Below, one piece after another: positions 24,321-37,550 of a stretch of 64,000 bases of DNA (its first letter is position 1; the number at the start of each line of letters is the position of its first letter). The notes under the pieces are model-generated. The model had not been told where the DNA came from, did no database searches, and saw only the letters and a program-made list of their open reading frames with translations. The stretch spans positions 81,718,001 to 81,782,000 of the forward strand of contig NC_045697.1 of NCBI RefSeq assembly GCF_009834535.1, given 5' to 3'. The DNA is from Camelus ferus. Taxonomy: Eukaryota. A program made the translations under genes and the position numbers.

Positions 24321-26619
24321 TATCAAATAATACACTTTTAGTTTTGCAATTTTCACTATATGTAGTTAGGGGAATCTACCCCTGTAAATAAACAAAATAC
24401 TCATTATATACTGGTTGATGATATTTCAGGCAAAGTCAATAATATGTTTGTAGGATTTAATATTTAATAACTATATTAGACCTGGAAACTCTAATGGCAC
24501 CAAATCCATGCCCAGGATGGTCTTGAGGCATTTGGTTCTACCTCTTACACATAAGAGGAATTGTTTTTAAAATAATCATGAGAGATGCTTGCCCAGTTGC
24601 TAGCTGAGCATATGAAGGAATGGGTAAATAGGGATACTTAATTTTTTTCCTCTTTGTATAGTACAAATTCATTTATTCATTTAATTAATTAATTTAACAA
24701 ATACTTGTTAAAGCATTACTACTGTGTTATATGTACACTGAATAATTCTAATATATTTATAGCTTGGGTTAACAATTTTCTTTTTTATTTCTACTTTAAT
24801 GTTACAGTTTCAGGCTTTCTCAAATTACAGTAAAGTTTTTTAATAAGTGATGAATTACTCCATTTCCATACCTCTTCTTGAAATTATGTGACACGCCTTA
24901 GCATTTAGGGAAAGTCATCTTATGCACAGAATATAAGCATGCAAGGCTTTAGTTGAGAGAAAACTGTTAAAACTGGGAATCCTGCAACTTGGTTCTTAAT
25001 CTTCAATTTGAACCCAATCCACTTCAAGAACAACTTTCAGATACCACTGAATATGTTTATGATGCAGCTGCTTACATAAAAAAAAAGAAAACTTTAAAAA
25101 AATCAAGTAAAAGTTAAATGCTCCATTTTATTATATACTACATAAATGCTTTATTTCCAAGTTTGATGTTCAGAATTCTTATGACAAGAGACTGATCTTG
25201 GTATTCCTATAATATTTTTTTCTAAGAAAAACCCAAGAAGCCCTCACTATATAGTTTATCACGTTGACATTGCCAGTCCAGTCAAGTCTCTCTAAGAGCC
25301 AGAGTGGATGAAAACTTCAAAGTTTTATATTTATATCTTGATTCACTCTGTTTGGATTCATCATGTTGTGACAAATTTATTACCAGAACTTTCCCCACTC
25401 TGAAGATTCTGATAGTGTTTCATTATGAAATATAAAATATGTCTGCAGGATCATACAAACACCCTATGATTGAATGCAGTCTTTGCTAGGTATCAGAAAG
25501 GTTGCATTGTATCACATTGTTGGTAAAGAATTTCTATTTGATCTTATTTTTATGTGGTTTCTGACCTATCCTCTGATAGCTTTTAAGATGGTATCATCTC
25601 TGTGCTCTTTCCTAATATTTTCATAATGTGTCACTGAATAAATTTTGACATGGTTTTTATACTGTCTATTTATGAACATTTGGCAGTTAGTGTAGAAGGG
25701 ATCACTTCTTTGCTTTGTGTTTTCTCTAGAAGTTAAAATTAGTTTAGCTTTTCTGTTCCATCTTAATGCTACAGTTCAAATACATGTTGTATTGCATTTA
25801 GTTAAACTGAGCAACAATGTCACATACTATATCTTTTCAGCTAGCAAGTACTGAGCTCATCGCAGAGATAAATGTGTCACTGGGAAATACAAAAAGCAGT
25901 TTCCATTAAAGAAAAACAAAATTTACAAAAATGAAATTTACTGACAAGAACATCAAATGAAATTTATAAATTTAGAGAAAAAATGCTTAGAACCATTTTA
26001 TTTAACTTGAACTTGCCATAGGAAAATGAAAATTTGTTTGCACATGCCCTTGATTGCTATTATCCATTTCTCTAAGATAATTTTAAGACTTATTAAAACT
26101 ATTTTAGCAAAAAAAACTTTGACCTCCAGGATTAAAAACTGTATAGAATACTCAGCTGGAACAAAAAGTAAATACTGTTGATTACAACTTCCAGTTTGGC
26201 TATCTGTATAGAAATTTTTGTGATATTTTATAGCTGTTCTGTCATGATGTATTTGGAATATTTAGAGAGGTTCAGCTAGAATCACTCAACTAGAAAATTC
26301 TTTGGTTGAGAAACTGTAGATATCTGAATACAATGTTTTGAAGAACTATACTTCTCTTTACCATGTTTCTCTGGCACAGCCTTAAATTTCAGATAGTGTG
26401 CACACAGATTGGTAAAGGAGGACATAAAATTTAATAGTCAAGCAGATCAATGGAATCAGCTATTTAATCAGTGAAGCAGCAGATAGCTTAATAAATCACA
26501 TTTTATTATATTTCTAGAACACATTAATTATATGTTAATTATAAAATTATGAAAGGAATTTCAGAAATTTTATGAATTTAATGAAGGTTAAATTATGAAA
26601 GAAAATATTACTTTAATAG

Positions 26620-27284
26620 TGTAACCAAGCAGGACCCTATGGGGCCTTCCTAGGATAGATCACCCCACCAACCATGTCCTCCACCTGCCTCTTGTTTATG
26701 GAAAAGCTTTAGTCTCTCAAACCTCCCCTGAGTTACAAAAGGCTAGTTCAAGAGTTAATGATTGGAAAAATGTTAACATGCAGTAACAAAAAATAAAAGT
26801 TGGGCCAGGAGAACTGGTAACAATTTCAACAATAGACCAATCATATAGGAGAGTCACTCTTTAGTTCCTCCCTGAAGGACGTAGATAACAGTATCTGATG
26901 CACATTTCTGAGTTGTTTTCCAGACACTAAGACCCCCACCAGATGGAAGAACGACATGACGACCATGAGCACGTAGTTCCCAGAGTGGCTGGAGCCTGAG
27001 GATTGATAATATTAACATCTGCGACATCACCTTGTTACTTGACCATCAACTAATCAGAGAATTGTACACAAGCTGATCATGCACTCTGAGACTTTCCTTC
27101 AACTTGCCTTTAAAAAATTTTCCCTGAAATCTGCTGGGGAATTTGGGTCTTTAAGCATGAGCTGACCATTTTCCTTGCTTGGCCCCATGTTGGACACCTT
27201 GCAATAAACCTTCACCACAACCCAGTGTCAGTGGAGGGGCTTTACTAAGACTGGGCAAGTGGATCCAAGTTTGGTTCAGTAACA
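26620..27284 (+). mobile_element. Complete solo LTR, ERV1 (gamma-like) class
   Basis: TGTAACC...GTAACA termini, 4-bp TSD ATAG (26616-26619 and 27285-27288), TTTAAAA TATA-like box at ~27109 and AATAAA at ~27203. Confidence 0.88.
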
Positions 27285-27869
27285 ATAGGATTCAGAATTT
27301 TTTTTTTAATTTATAGATTTTGATTCATTTCATAACTTTCAAACTATTAACAGTGTTGTACATTATGTTCTGGTTTTATACTTATATTTAGTCATACACT
27401 GCATACTATTTTACATTTGTTAGGGGGTTTTACCTTAATTCAGCTTAAATTATGTACATATTTAAAATGTTTTTCCAAATTAATTTAGATAAACAATATT
27501 TATTGTGGGACTAGCTACATTTCATATCAAATGACTGGCACTTAACATGAGAGTCATCTTTGGGGACTACACTGAATCTCTGTCCATTTGCCTTATTGCC
27601 AAATGCATAAAAATGAGCTAACACTCATTAAAAGCCTAGAACATTGCCTAGCAAATGTCACAAAGAATATAAACATAATGTAAATAGATTTCATCTATCA
27701 GTATTTGTATGTTTATGACAACAGTATTCTCATTATCAAACAAAGCTTTTAATATCTTGTTTTCTATTTTGATTTTATTCTAAACAACTACATTCTTATT
27801 CAAATCTGTTTTTCTCTTAGAAAATTCTTCCAATTCCTCCCATTTTGTTAAATTTAGATGTTCACTTGG

Positions 27870-29720
27870 ATTTAATCCAAGCCTCACTTCTCCATCTGCA
27901 TGCCCTGCCTAGAGGATATCACACAATGCTCTGGCCTTAGATGTCACCTATATGACAAGTAACTTGCAAATTTATAGCTAGAATACCCACTTCTCCCTGA
28001 ACCACAGAACCACATATACTACTACCTGCTACACTTCTAATTGTTTGTCCCATTGGCATCTGAACTTAGGATGTCTTGTCTGCCCTCACTCTCCACAAGA
28101 TATATCTTCATTTCAATCTTCCTCATGCTGGTAAATATGAACTGCATTACTCTTCCCTCAGTTGCTCACTCCGAAAACCTAAGAGATATCTTGATTCCGG
28201 CTCATTCCTTTATCCCCACACTTAATTCTTCAAAGAGCTTTTAGACTCGGCCTCAGAATAAATGCCCAATGTGTTCTCCTCCTGTCATCTTCACTAATAT
28301 CACTATTGTCTAAGATTCATATTTTTATTTAGATTGTTGTAATAGCTTACTAACTCAACTCCCTGCTTATACTTTGTTGTCTCTATACCATATACTTCTT
28401 ATAGAACCCAGAAGGATTTTTTTTTTTAAGTGTTCCTCATCTGTTAAAACACTCTGGGTTTGGTTTTTTGGTTTTCTACAGTAGAAGACTATTTTAAAAT
28501 CTAAACCTACATGATCTGCTAACTGCCTATATTTCAGGTTGCATCTTTGTGATATTGTAATTTATAATAAGAAATATATATTTGGAATTCCCAGCTCCTG
28601 GCAGAGCTCCTAAACTCTTGAAATTTTTTAAGGTATGAGAGCAACAAAGGTGTCTTTTCTCATGTGAATGAAGTGACTTTTGAAAAACACCTAAATATAC
28701 GAATCATCACCATGGAAACCAATCAAGAACAGAGGGTTATAACATTCAGTCCCACCCCTTAATTTATGGGGAGCAAAGAGGGGTAGAAAGTTGAATCAAT
28801 CACCAAACAGTTATTTAATCAATCATGCCTATGTAATAAAGCCTCCATAAAAACCCAAAAGGGGAGGGTTCATAGAGCTTCCAGGTTGGAGAACCAAAAC
28901 ACTTCCACATACCACTGTTGGTGCTCAAACTCCATGAGGACTGAAACTCCTTTGTTTGAGAAGTCACCCTACATATTTCTTCATCTTTTATATCCTATGT
29001 AATAAACCAGTAATCTAATGAGTAAATTGGTTTCCTAAGTCTTGTGAACTGCTCTAGCAAATAATCCAAACCCAAGGAGGGGATCTTGGAAACTTCCAAT
29101 TTTTATAGCCGGTTGGTCAGAAGTACAGGTAAAAGTCTGAATCTGTGACTTGCACCTCAAGTGGAAGGTAGTCTCATGGGAATAAGGCCTTAACCTGTGG
29201 AATCTGATGCTATCTCTGAGTAGATGGTGTCAGACTTGAGTTGAACTGCAGGACAACCAGCTTGTGTTGAAGAATTGCTTGCTTGGTATGGGGAAACTCC
29301 CTTCCTTCCACCACATCGGAATGGAGTGCAGACCCTTAATTTCAAATCCCTTTCTCCCCTAGTTTAGTGCTCTAATTTTGATAGCTTCCTCTCCATCCTT
29401 CTGTAAAGCCACTATGCTGATTACTACCTTAAAGCTTTTGTACCTTAAGTCACCACGCCCTCCAAGGGCTGTTTCCTTCCTCATTTCTGGTTTCACTTTA
29501 GAGAGGCATAATTCACCAACTTTTCTAAATTACCTTCATTCCCAGTACTCTGCACATCATCTGATTTATTTACTTCACAGCACCACTTACTGAATTTAAT
29601 TTATTTGTTTCTTACATTTTGTTTCCCTTCTCTTCCTTCTGGATAGAGACTTCATGTTTTGTTTACTGCTTCCATATTTCCAAAAGTGTAAATAATGCTG
29701 AAGTCACAATACTAACTTGA
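27870..29720 (+). mobile_element. L2 3' region split by a MER21-like LTR
   Basis: cacctatatgacaagtaacttgcaaatttata...cttctcccctgaac...ccctcagttgctca before the LTR; ttttgtttactgct L2 3'-end-like sequence after it. Confidence 0.7.
28548..29335 (+). mobile_element. MER21-like LTR
   Basis: Starts tgtgatattgtaatttataataagaaatatatatttgg; internal caatcatgcctatgtaataaagcctccataaaaaccc and ttaacctgtggaatctgatgctatctc...gtagatggtgtcaga. Confidence 0.82.
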
Positions 29721-30289
29721 TATAGGTATGAACATACAAATTCAGGGATACATTTAATATGTTTACATTCAAAAAATGAATTACAATAACAATGTCATAG
29801 ATTACCAACTCAAACTTTTCCAACATTTTCTTGACAAAGCTCTATGTTTATAAGCATTTAAAGCCTAGTTTTGAAAGACTGGTTTTCTTCATTTATAAGC
29901 CCTTACATATTTCATTAATCAGTATGAATGACTAAAACACGTCATAATGTGTCATTAAGAAAATGTTGAGAATTATGCACTTTAATTGTTCAATTGAGGT
30001 TTAGCATTTTCTTTTACTTTTGAGAATTTACCAAGGGAAGATTGATTTGCGTGTGGTTCTAATGTCAAGGAAATACACCTAACTTAGGCCTGCATTTTAA
30101 ATTATTCATATTAATCTCTTAAATGAATTTGGATGTAGATAATACTCTTATTTGTAGAATAAATTATAAACATTTAACAAAAAAACCTTATAATAACAAC
30201 TAACTTTTATTAAAGTTCATGTGGTAGGTCAAGTAAACCTTTAAGTGCTTTAACATATATTAATTAACATTAACTTAAATTAATTGCCA

Positions 30290-30568
30290 GGCCCTTTGGG
30301 CTTCTATAACAAAGTACCACACTGGCAGATTCTGTGTCTGATGAGAGTCTACTTCCTCATAGATGGTACCTTCTAACTGTAATCTTACATAGTGGAAGGG
30401 TCAGGGGAGCTCTCCAAGGTCTCTTTTATTAGGGACACTACTCCCAACATGAAGAATCTATCCTCATAATTTAATTGCCTCTTAAAGAACACACCTCCTC
30501 ATATCACTACATTGGGAATTAGTCTTTAACAAAGGAATTTTGATGGACAAACATTAAGATCACAACAT
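30290..30568 (-). mobile_element. MaLR LTR (MLT1A-like), internally deleted, inside a MIR
   Basis: gggcttctataacaaagtaccaca...tctgatgagagtctacttcct...ggtctcttttattagggacacta...gacaaacattaagatcacaaca. Confidence 0.78.
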
Positions 30569-30659
30569 AGCTAATATATTAATTATATATTAATTAATAT
30601 TCATATGTATGATTTTACATTAAGAAGAAATTGACAAGAAATATGACTAATGGTACTCA

Positions 30660-30800
30660 TATTAATCTCTAGCTTACAGACAGTGAAACTGCAGCATAGA
30701 AGGATTATATCATTCTCCCACAATTATAAAATTTGTAACTGTAAGAATTAGGATCAAACCCAGGCATTTTGAAACAAGAGCCTGTGGGCTTCACTTCGAG
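30660..30800 (-). mobile_element. MIR fragment
   Basis: ttacagacagtgaaactgcagcataga...aggatcaaacccaggca. Confidence 0.6.
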
Positions 30801-31210
30801 GCCATCAGATCTATAAAGAGAATCCATTTTTGTGCTTGCTGGTTTGTAATGCTACTTTTTTTTTTAACCACCCAATGTTACTAAGACATATTTCTTTTTC
30901 AATTATTATTTCACCAAATTTTTTTTTCACATTATCCACTACTCAGAATCCCTACCATAACTCTAGGAATATTTCTGATGCAAGAAAAGTTTCTAAATAA
31001 ACTATATTTGAAATATAAAAGATATTGCAAATGTTTTCCCAGCTGTGTATTTATTTACAAAGCCTAAGGAAATGAGAATGTGATATTACATTTCGAAAGT
31101 GATTCCCTACGACCAACATAATGTTTGTCAAACTAAAATTTTATTAAATAGCTAGGTAAAAGTAACCTGTTTCTTCTAATATGATTCTTTGAATTCCACA
31201 TTCCTCACAG

Positions 31211-31319
31211 TGAATTTCTGCAGCACAGCCATACCTTGGTGTACATGGAGTTTCAAGCTTCACAAAAATTATATTACAAAGGAGAAAAGTTGTCAGCAAT
31301 AATATATCACAGATATCAG
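31211..31319 (+). other. Candidate spliced exon (109 nt) of an unidentified transcript
   Basis: Acceptor ttccacattcctcacag, donor CAG|gtaagg, one open frame EFLQHSHTLVYMEFQASQKLYYKGEKLSAIIYHRYQ; protein not recognised. Confidence 0.3.
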
Positions 31320-32699
31320 GTAAGGCAACTTTAGTATTTAAAATAATTATATTTAGACGCTGAGGTCATGAGCCTCCAGGAAAATTTTGGCATGCTTTTT
31401 TTTTTTCCTATTTATAATTTATTAAATGTGATTTATTTCTATTCATTTAGAGAATTCCTGCTGCTAGCTTTATGGTAGTATTTTGAATAGATTTTGCTAT
31501 AGGTGACATTCATTTTTGTTACATATTTTATTCATGATTAATATGCAAATACTTCCCAAAGCAAACTCCGATGTAGATTTGATAAAATGCAATGTTATTT
31601 TTAAAAATTAAAATAAGATACATATTTATAAAAGGCATAATACTGTCTTCAGATAGAGCTTTAAGACTCATCAGTGTTTAATATATTTGTTATATTTATT
31701 GTTCAGTTAACTTTACAGGCTGTAACACTGACCTTGGTATCTTCTAGTCTTAATACAGTATGCAGCAAGCGATTTCAAATTGCAACAAAAGCTCTGCTTT
31801 GTGAACAGATGTAGAAGTCACAGCAGATACTTTTCTATTCTGGGCTAAAATTGGACCACCCCCTCACCCCTGATTCTCATGATCAATACTGTCCTAAATA
31901 TATCACTGTTTATTTTAGTAGTTAAATAAGATAATCAAAATTAGAGTCTGGAAGTTACAGCAAACTGTATTTTACAAGCTTTTAAAAAACTGTTTTTTCT
32001 TTTCTGCTTTAAATTTGTCACAATTACATTATATCTTAATCTCAAACTTTCTCCACTATAACAAATATAGTTAGCTCCCAGCAAAGAAAATTTTCTGAAG
32101 CTGATATTATATTGAATGTTCTTTTTTTTCCTTTTTATTTTAACGTTAAGTCTCTCACACAAACTGATAAGTCTCATATCCCTTATTTTCATTATAATTA
32201 TCTGGTTCATTTAGCTGAGGATTAATTTTCTGTTTCATACCAACATTATGAATATTTTAATTGCAGATAAATACCATTATATGATTCTCTTAACTTTCTT
32301 ATGAGCATCAGTAATATTACTTATTTCCTTGACAATACCTTTGTATGTAGAAAAGACATTTTGTTGCAAATAATGAAACCAGTTTTCTGGCACACTACAT
32401 TAACTAACTTATTTTACTATAAAACACAATTTTTTTCATTTTGGGGCTATAATTCAAAATTGATGAAAAATTAAAATGATATGAATATCTTTCTTTCCAG
32501 CATTTCCTTACAAAAGTGCCAGAGTTTGCATCCAGCAAAGTCAAAGATGAATGAGTTCCAGGATGAAATAAACCTGTTTCCTTCAATATTTACAATGGGC
32601 AATGGCAGACTAAGACTTCAGTAGGTCCTAAAAACTCTTTAAATCATCTTTTCAAAAACCTTTTTAATTATACTGCTTCTACTCTCTTGTCTCTGCTTG

Positions 32700-32822
32700 A
32701 TTTTTTTCCTTTTCTCTCATCTTCTCTACCCTCCCCCTCCTTTTCCTTTCCCTCCCCTTCTCTTCCCTCTCTTCTCTCTTCTCTTCCCTTCCTTTCACTT
32801 CCCTTCTTGTTTACTCTTTTCT
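32700..32822. repeat. Polypyrimidine low-complexity tract
   Basis: CT-rich run such as tcttccctctcttctctcttctcttcccttcc. Confidence 0.9.
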
Positions 32823-32844
32823 GTACAATTTAAAGCCAATGAGC

Positions 32845-32990
32845 TAAGCACACAGTTTATAGGTAACATGAACTCTGGAATCAGATTCATGAGGTAAAAT
32901 CCTTGCTCAGTGTCACAGTACTATTGGCTTTAATATGAGTTAGTTTTTCTCTCTGAGATTCAATTTTCCCATTTGCACATGTATAATCAG
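32845..32990 (+). mobile_element. MIR fragment
   Basis: atgaactctggaatcaga...ctctctgagattcaattttcccatttg. Confidence 0.6.
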
Positions 32991-33344
32991 ACATTTATTG
33001 TCTTTTGCACCTCTTACTCCTTTATGTCTTAAAAGTAATCAATGCTTTCAAATTTGCTGAAATGGCATGTCATCTTAATACATTACAATATTTATTTTTG
33101 TGAGCTTGGTTCCTGGACTCAATCAGTTACTTTATTTCTACTATGTGTCTAACAGGGTACTGAGTTTCAACAACAGAATAGGAGAATATATGATGAAACA
33201 GAAAAGTCTGTTAGTAGGAGAGAGCTCAAAGTCAGTGAGAGGAGGTTAAAGAAAAACAGTGAATGCTGATTCACGACTTAAAGTATGGCTTTTTTTTGTA
33301 TTTTCACAGGACTGGGGTAGCAGCTTACAATAATAGTTTAAATG

Positions 33345-34193
33345 TATATTAGTCTGGAGCCAGTCAGGATATAGAAACAATATAGTGGGTTAAATACAAG
33401 AAATTTGATGGAAAAAAATCATTATTCTATGATAGGAGAGTAGCTGTATGATAAAAGGAAACCCTTTATGGTACCCTATAGCTGAGAGACAGTACCCAAA
33501 GAAGAACAAATTTGAACCTCCCCAAGGCTGTGGTTCAGACATCAATGGAAAAAGTGCAGTTCAATCTAGTGGATAGTGGAGAAATTTGTTGATTTGCTCA
33601 AGTGGGAGTTGATCCACAGTAGCAGGGCAAGCAGGAAGCAACCCCTCATAACTGCAGCCAGGAAGCAGGTGAGCAACAACTCCTGGCATGTTCATACAGA
33701 AAATGTGGAGTTGAGGGAGCTGCCGAGGGAGCCAACTACATAGGAACCCACGGTACACAGGCAGACCATACCAGGGTTTACACAGGTAGTAAGGCTCAAT
33801 GGGAACTCTCCTTGTTACAAGTATCTCATTGCACGGGCTTGTAGAGGGGGCATCAAGGATTCTACACAGCAGAAGTTTTTAAGGCACTGTTGTTCGTGTT
33901 GAAAGGGTCCCAGGGAAAGTTATTTGAGAGGTCAAATTTGAGAGGTCACTTAGGACTGTTTTCTGCATATGTGGCTGGGGCAAGCTTAACAGTATGTCCT
34001 CACATCCAGACAGCTCACAGTCACCAGAATCTGCAGGAGAATCCATCCCTTCTTTCTGCAGTGTCCCTACAGTGCCCTGTCCAGAAAGTTTAGCACAGTG
34101 CTCACTTTAGTGGGGAAATGCTTGAAGAAAATCATCTAATATCAGAGAGTACACTTTAGGGTGAATTTGGAACTAAGATAAACTGATAGCACA
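33345..34193 (-). mobile_element. Ancient LTR (LTR78-like, tentative)
   Basis: Begins tattagtctggagccagtcaggatatagaaac and ends gggtgaatttggaactaagataaactgatagcaca; GC-richer than the flanks. Subfamily from memory only. Confidence 0.5.
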
Positions 34194-35127
34194 GAAGTGG
34201 AGATAGCTGATATACATTTCCTGATGTTCCATACATACTTCGCATGCTTACACTTTTCTTTTTCTACTTTGTTAACAGGAGAAGACATGAAATTTTACAG
34301 TGATTGTCTTTCATGATGTTTGCATACACAACCATTTCAACAATATTTTATTACCTTTTTACATGTTCTGAAAATATTGACTACAGGGCCAAAATGCTTT
34401 GTTACTATTAGTAGAGAGGAAAGGACAAGATAAATATTTTTGTTGACAAATCTGTAAGCAGAATTTCATTCATTTTCTTCTTTAGTCCTTAAAATAAACA
34501 CTGAAATCAACGTTCAAAATGTTAACAACAATCATAATACCCATTATATAGTAAGGAAGGGAACTGAAACTAGTTGCTAACATCATGTGAAGCCAACACC
34601 TACTGTATACCACAGATCTCTACAGTATACCAAGACAGAATTAACATATGCTACTGATATATTCATTTGCAACTACCCTTGATTTCATAAAAGATTGCAA
34701 AGAACATGCTTGTATCTATTTTCTAAGAATTTTTTCTCCTACAGTTCACTTAATCCAAGGTAATTCATCAGTAGAAAGTAAAATGGCATTCATAATATTT
34801 TTGGATTTTAGGACAGAAATATTATAGGAGACAATCATTCTAAACATGTCAGAGGTAACTTGTTTACATTATAATTAGCTATTCTTCCTTAACAATGTGA
34901 CTTGATATTTTCAAGTATTGATGATGTCATTAAAATGCCAATGAAGTTACATTCTTTACTGCTAATTAGCAAGTCTTAATATAACTGAAGTCCACTGATG
35001 CTAATAACTATTTTAATATGTCTATATACATACTGATTGCTTGAAATACACTTTGCTTTTGGTGAGAAAGGAAATGCCCTGGCAAGGATGCTGCTTTGGT
35101 GCATAATGATTTGTTTAAACAGAAACG

Positions 35128-35330
35128 AGGAGAATGAAAAGCAGAAAGAGGAGGAGAAAAAGGAGGAGGAAGAGAGTAAAGATGAGAAGGAGGAGGAGGA
35201 TAAAAAGAGGAGGAAGGTAAGTATGGGAGGAAAAGAATAAGAGAGGGAAAGGGAGGAGGAAGAGGAATGGGAAGAAGAAGAAGAAAGGAGGAGGAAGGGA
35301 AGAAGGGAGGAAAAAGAAAGAGAGAAGCAG
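35128..35330. repeat. Polypurine (GAG/GAA/GGA) low-complexity tract
   Basis: gaggaggagaaaaaggaggaggaagagagt...gaagaagaagaagaaaggaggaggaaggg. Confidence 0.92.
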
Positions 35331-36512
35331 TCATTCTGGATATTGTAAATCTCTTAGAGCAACAGAGTGATTGAATTTGAGCTATGGTGAATATAAAATG
35401 TAAACTTCCACTAAATCATCTTATAAACCTACGAGGGTATATTTTAGGTCTCATGCATGCTTGTACTTAATATATCCACTTTTCCTGGAGCAATCTGCAT
35501 CTTTTTGACTCTGTAGATTTTGGCTAAAATAAATCCTTCCCTCACCACATAAGGAAAGAATATAAATAAAGCAATAAAATAAAAGGAAGCAAAGGGAAGT
35601 AACTGGGTAAAAGGATAGAAGAATATTCACTGAGCACACGTGCTCTGCTAGATTCTAGTCCCAAGCCCATCAACAGCTTTCACATCATTTAAACTATTAC
35701 ACTCTCCGTTGCCATGGTTCCAACATATACAAAGTGAACTAATGGGGCCAAGTAAAAGCATAGGTGATTTTTAGTTGTACAAATATATTACTTTATTTGA
35801 CAGCCATTTATGATGAGTTCAATATAAAAAATCAGTTTAATGTACTGCCAAAGAGGAATGAAAAATTATTGTGTACCAGTCATCCTACATGGCCATTTTA
35901 TTTTTACTATTAACTTATGAAGATAAAACAATTCTTATTTTATTGATTAGAAAGCAAAATTTGAGAGAAGTTAAATATTTTTTTTCTTTGGCAATTAGAT
36001 CAAAGATACAGGGAATGCACTGCTTTTTGAAAAGTCTCAGTAACTTAGTATTTTTTTCCTAAGGCATTAAAGACAAATTAAGATTAGAGAAGGTAAAATG
36101 CAGCCTAGTAAAGATAAAGTCTAGTAATAACCAGATTTTTACCTACCAAAGTTTTTCAGTCCTTCACTGATTTTCAAGTTCAGAATTTTCCAAGATGCAC
36201 AAAAAATGATATTCTTAATATGCAGCTATTTTGGGATTTGAATCCAGGTCTCTTACTCTTAACTATCATGCTCTTTCCACTATAGAACAGTTTTCAAACT
36301 GTTAAATGTTCTAATAACACCTGATTCAACTTCATTTTTAACAGATAGGTATAACTAAATTAACTAAAATTTATGTAACTAAAATGAATACATAACACTG
36401 ACTAATCAAATGTTGAGACCAACAGTAAGTCAGATTATTTTTGTGCAAAACGTAGGATACGTTTTTTTCTGCCATCTTGATATATATACATGTTTGTGCG
36501 TCATTGTATGTT

Positions 36513-36627
36513 TTTCATTTGTTTGGTTTTTTTGGGGGTAGGGTAATTAGGTTTACTTATTTATTTACTTGAACCCAGGACCTTGTGGTTGCTAAGCATG
36601 CACTCTACCACTGAGCTGTACCCTCCC
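36513..36627 (-). mobile_element. Vic-1-type SINE, antisense, internally deleted
   Basis: gggtaattaggttt...ttgaacccaggaccttgtggttgctaagcatgcactctaccactgagctgtaccctccc; decayed TSD-like flanks tgtgcgtcattgtatgtt / tgtgtgtgactgtatgtt. Confidence 0.85.
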
Positions 36628-37269
36628 TCTGTGTGTGACTGTATGTTGTTGCAGACTTGCCCTGTTGACTTAATTTTTAATTTAGTCTCAGAGTCTGAGT
36701 CCCAAGAACTTCTTATGAAAATGAAATGTACTCTGAGAAGGAAGAAAGGAATTACTATAAAAGTATTTCTTCATGCTAAGGTTTTATCCAGCAATTATTT
36801 CAGGACATTTGTGATATTAAAATTATTATAAAGTCAGAAAATAAAGATTAAAATAGGTATTGGAAAACCACATGGCTATGAGTGAAAACAGTATAGCAAT
36901 GAATGAATCTTTGGACTTTGGACATTAATATTAAACCTGGAAAAAATATTTGTATATCTCACAGATAATATCCAGGAATTATAAATGCAAAATCACTTGA
37001 AAGTAAGCCAATTTTAAAATATTCTCTTTTGATTTTTTTTCTAACCTTATTATATTTATCTATCAAATTAAATAGTTACATTTGTATTCACAAAAGGTAA
37101 ATATGTTGCCTGTTACGAGTCAGGCCCCATCCAACGTATTATGGATAGAACTGCAAAAAGAAAATGTATTTTCCAATCTCATAAAACATACATTCTAGTG
37201 ATAAGAACAAAGGCTATTAATTAAGATAGAAAAATTCTATATTTTTAAGAAGAATGGTATGACTTACTG

Positions 37270-37550
37270 AATTATAAAAGAAAAGAGAACCACTTTACCA
37301 AAATGATCTACAGGAAGAGTATTACAAACATAAGCCAGGAAGTAGAAAGGGAATGAGATTTTTTCTAAAGGTGAGATCATATTAGGTGGGAGAGAAAATG
37401 ATAATAGTTGAGGTCAATGGCAGGTAGAGTCCAAGCCATGTGGGACATTTAGGCCACAATAAGGTGTTTGGGTAGTGTTCACAAATGTATCAGGAAAGTT
37501 CTTGTTGGGTCATGGCAAAATGTGATATAGAATTCTATTTTTTAGGATGG
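37270..37550 (-). mobile_element. L2 fragment
   Basis: gttgaggtcaatggcaggtagagtccaagccatgtgggacatttaggccacaataaggtgtttgg. Confidence 0.55.

Noticed and set aside
35008..35334. Glu/Lys-rich and Pro/Phe-rich ORFs
   Set aside because: Products of the GA-rich low-complexity tract.
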